From a bacterium (GTDB taxonomy: Bacteria > Lernaellota > Lernaellaia > JACKCT01): a DNA stretch of 64,000 nucleotides. Position numbers and translations under genes: made by a program. Positions within the stretch are counted from its first letter, which is position 1. Every line of letters starts with the position of its first letter. Positions 61,827-64,000 of this stretch are shown here, piece after piece. The DNA lies in assembly GCA_963674685.2 (NCBI GenBank), contig CAXXWT010000005.1:711579-775578 (forward strand). Direction: 5' to 3'. The notes under the pieces are model-generated. The model saw nothing but the letters and a program-made list of their open reading frames with translations. It was not told the origin of the DNA and searched no databases.

Positions 61827-64000
61827 ATGAAAAGGAAAATCCTTCTAGTCACATGTGAAAAACCCGTCAAGACCGGATTGCCGGCGACGGGCGGCGCGCT
61901 TCGCGTACAGGGATTGGCCAGGGGCCTTCAGGCCCACGGGCACGAGGTTATGCTTTCCATTCCTGCCGAAGCCCTGGTCGAAGATGATTCGCCCGAAGTC
62001 AAAAAATGGGCTCACGAGCCGGAGAAACTGGCCGAACTGATATTCGGACTCATGCCCGACGTGGTGCTTTTAGAGCAATGGGGGCTGGCGGCCTATCTGC
62101 CGAGCATGGATATCCCTCTGGCCGTCGACCTGCACGGGCCCCTGACTTTGGAAAACACATTCAAGCAAAGCGGCAATTTTCGAACGGACGCTTTGACAAA
62201 AATCGAAGCCCTGTCCAAAGCCGACCTGCTGGTGGTTCCCGGACGAGCGCAGCGCCAATACTTCATGACCTGGTTTCTTCTCGCCGGCGCCGATCCCCAA
62301 GCCCCGCCCATCGTGACCGCGCCGGTCAGCATGGACAAGCCGAATATCAAGCGCCGAATCGGCAAGAATCCGACCATCGTTTTCGGAGGCGCCGCCTGGC
62401 CCTGGATCGATCCTTTTCCCGGTCTCGCCGTCGCGGGAAAAACCGCCGAAAAGATACCGTCGGCGCAAATCGCTCTTTACGTGGGCAGTCCGGCCCTGAC
62501 CTCCGATCACCCCCTGTACCAGATCAATAAGGACGTATTCGCCGATTACGAAAAGCAGCTTCGTGGTCTTAATGCCGTCAGGAATTATGGATTCGTGGCT
62601 CACGACGAGCTTTTGAAACACTACGCTTCGGCCAGAGCGGCCCTGGATATATACAAACCGAATCCCGAACGCGACCTGGCCTACTCGACGCGAACCGTCG
62701 AATATTTAAGTTGCGGGCTGCCGGTCATCACATCGAATAACATGGAACTCGCCGAACCGGTCCGCCGTTTCGACGCCGGCTGGGTGGTCGAAGCCGACGA
62801 TGAAAAGGCCATCGCCGACGCCGTTTACCAGGCGCTGACCGACGAAAAAACCGTCAAACGCAAAAGCGCGGGCGCTCTCAAACTTTCCGGCGAACTTTTC
62901 GACCACAAAAACGCGACGCGGCAGCTGGCGCAGTGGATCGCCGATCCGAAACGCCGCGAGGGCGGCAAAAGCCTCATGTCGGATTTCCGCGACTACTATC
63001 GCGGCGAGTCCGTGGAACTGATCACGGCGGCGCAAAAAGACGCGGCCAAGGTCAACGAAGAACTGCGCGCCGTTTCCCTGGATTATCAGAAGCAGCTGAC
63101 CGACAAGGATCGCCGTTACGACGAACTCGCGACGGAACTGCGTAAAAAGGCGGGGGAACACGACGAACGCGTCGGGAAACTCGTCGAGCAGCATCGCGAG
63201 GAACTTGACGAATACCGGAAGGATATCCGGCGGCTGCAGGAAAAGCTGGAAGGGTTCCAGGAAAAGGCCGACGAAAAAATCAAGGGCATCGAAAAGGATT
63301 TTCAAGAGCAGTCCGACGACCTGGAAGAGGAAGTCCGCCGGCTGAACCGGGAAAAGGAAGAAACCCGGCAAAAGCACCAGGATGAAATTAAAACCCTGAT
63401 CCTCAAGCACGAAAGCCAACTGGCCGAACTGCGCACACGCGCCGCGCAGGACGCGCAAAAAGCCGAGGAGCGATTCAGCGCGGAAGTCGAGAAAGCGCAG
63501 AAGCGCCGCGAGGACCATGAAAACGAACTGAAAATCGTCAACCGGGAAAAACAGGACGCGGCCAAAGAGCACGCCCGGGAAACCAGGGAACTCACCAAGC
63601 GTTTTGAGAAAGAAATTTCCGATACGCGCATGAAATCCGAAAACGCCGAAAGCAAATGGCGCGACAAGACGTCCGCGGAAATCGAAAAGCGCGAATTGCA
63701 GATCAAAGAGCTTTCCAGCGAGCTTCAAAGCGTCAACAGGGAAAAGCAGGCCCTGGCCGACGCGCACAACCTGGAAATCAAGCAGCTGATCATCGAGCAT
63801 GAAAAGGCCTTGAATCTACTTCGGCAAAAAGCCCACGACGAAGAATTGGAAGCCAGAAGGCGGCTGACCCGTGAAGCGGAAAAGCGCGAGGACCTGGAAA
63901 AGGAACTCAGCGCGGAAATCAAGCGGCTCAATCTGGGCTCTCAGGCCGCGGCGCGAAAAGCGGATGACGAGATCAAGGATCTGACCAGACGCTACGAAGA
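61827..64000 (+). CDS. GT-B-fold glycosyltransferase (GT4-like) fused to a long coiled-coil; 3'-truncated by the window edge; absent from the ORF track
   Basis: ATG at 61827 (MKRKILLVTCEKPVKTGLPATGGALRVQGLARGLQAHGHEV...). The frame stays open to nt 64000. '...STRTVEYLSCGLPVITSNNMELAEPV...GWVV' is the GT-B C-terminal motif. From about aa 400 the sequence is heptad-like and E/K/R/L-rich (EELDEYRKDIRRLQEKLEGFQEKADEKIKGIEKDF...). Confidence 0.7.
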   Translation, partial: MKRKILLVTCEKPVKTGLPATGGALRVQGLARGLQAHGHEVMLSIPAEALVEDDSPEVKKWAHEPEKLAELIFGLMPDVVLLEQWGLAAYLPSMDIPLAVDLHGPLTLENTFKQSGNFRTDALTKIEALSKADLLVVPGRAQRQYFMTWFLLAGADPQAPPIVTAPVSMDKPNIKRRIGKNPTIVFGGAAWPWIDPFPGLAVAGKTAEKIPSAQIALYVGSPALTSDHPLYQINKDVFADYEKQLRGLNAVRNYGFVAHDELLKHYASARAALDIYKPNPERDLAYSTRTVEYLSCGLPVITSNNMELAEPVRRFDAGWVVEADDEKAIADAVYQALTDEKTVKRKSAGALKLSGELFDHKNATRQLAQWIADPKRREGGKSLMSDFRDYYRGESVELITAAQKDAAKVNEELRAVSLDYQKQLTDKDRRYDELATELRKKAGEHDERVGKLVEQHREELDEYRKDIRRLQEKLEGFQEKADEKIKGIEKDFQEQSDDLEEEVRRLNREKEETRQKHQDEIKTLILKHESQLAELRTRAAQDAQKAEERFSAEVEKAQKRREDHENELKIVNREKQDAAKEHARETRELTKRFEKEISDTRMKSENAESKWRDKTSAEIEKRELQIKELSSELQSVNREKQALADAHNLEIKQLIIEHEKALNLLRQKAHDEELEARRRLTREAEKREDLEKELSAEIKRLNLGSQAAARKADDEIKDLTRRYE

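Noticed and set aside
62070-63931. Minus-strand ORFs (183, 364, 134 and 68 aa) at the 3' end of the window
   Set aside because: They are antisense to the long open plus-strand frame encoding a GT-B enzyme and coiled-coil. The antisense products are Phe/Leu/Arg-rich mirror images of an E/K-rich coil.

Overview
GC-rich, densely coding bacterial segment of diderm type (lipoproteins, OMP-like barrel, SecG). I saw no rRNA genes, CRISPR arrays or prophage. Backbone genes: queF; an alanine/glycine:cation symporter; a CoA-transferase; a Fur/Feo iron locus (fur, Com-like Zn-ribbon, fur-feoA fusion, feoA, feoB, a 59-aa FeoB-associated Cys-rich peptide, porin-like OMP); the gap-pgk-tpiA-secG-tRNA-Leu(GAG) block; fbp; an acyl-CoA ligase; two ferritin-like proteins; tRNA-Cys. 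The most unusual content is seven paralogous secreted proteins (2-3835, 13583-16084, 16123-18156, 18191-20137, 20170-22134, 45454-47196, 47342-49078). All share one chassis: signal peptide, an interchangeable N-terminal head (four different folds), a stalk of 'C-x-DDG-x-[WFY]-C-N-G-x-E-x-C' repeats, a poly-Asp spacer, and a C-terminus that stops right after G-C-G-C (variants CCGC, GGCCAYN). This resembles myxobacterial TraA (variable head, Cys-rich stalk, MYXO-CTERM), but the transmembrane helix and Arg cluster of a sorting tag are absent. I do not recognise the repeat or the terminal motif as a named family. Other accessory content: a predicted pseudokinase-AgmX/PglI-tail operon with TPR, DUF3108 and FGE-like lipoproteins; a low-GC island with a collagen-like lipoprotein next to a radical SAM/SPASM enzyme; a five-gene minus-strand operon (8-Cys-repeat secreted protein, DUF2079 membrane protein, B12-radical SAM, PfkB-kinase/HAD fusion, unknown); an IS4-family element with perfect 17-bp inverted repeats and a 10-bp target duplication; a 372-bp foldback MITE-like element; and a dispersed REP-like hairpin family with compensatory stem changes. 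The ORF track misses two real ORFs (33916-34095, and 61827 to the 3' window edge), and its first ORF actually runs off the 5' edge. All family names are inferred by eye from motifs; no database search was run.
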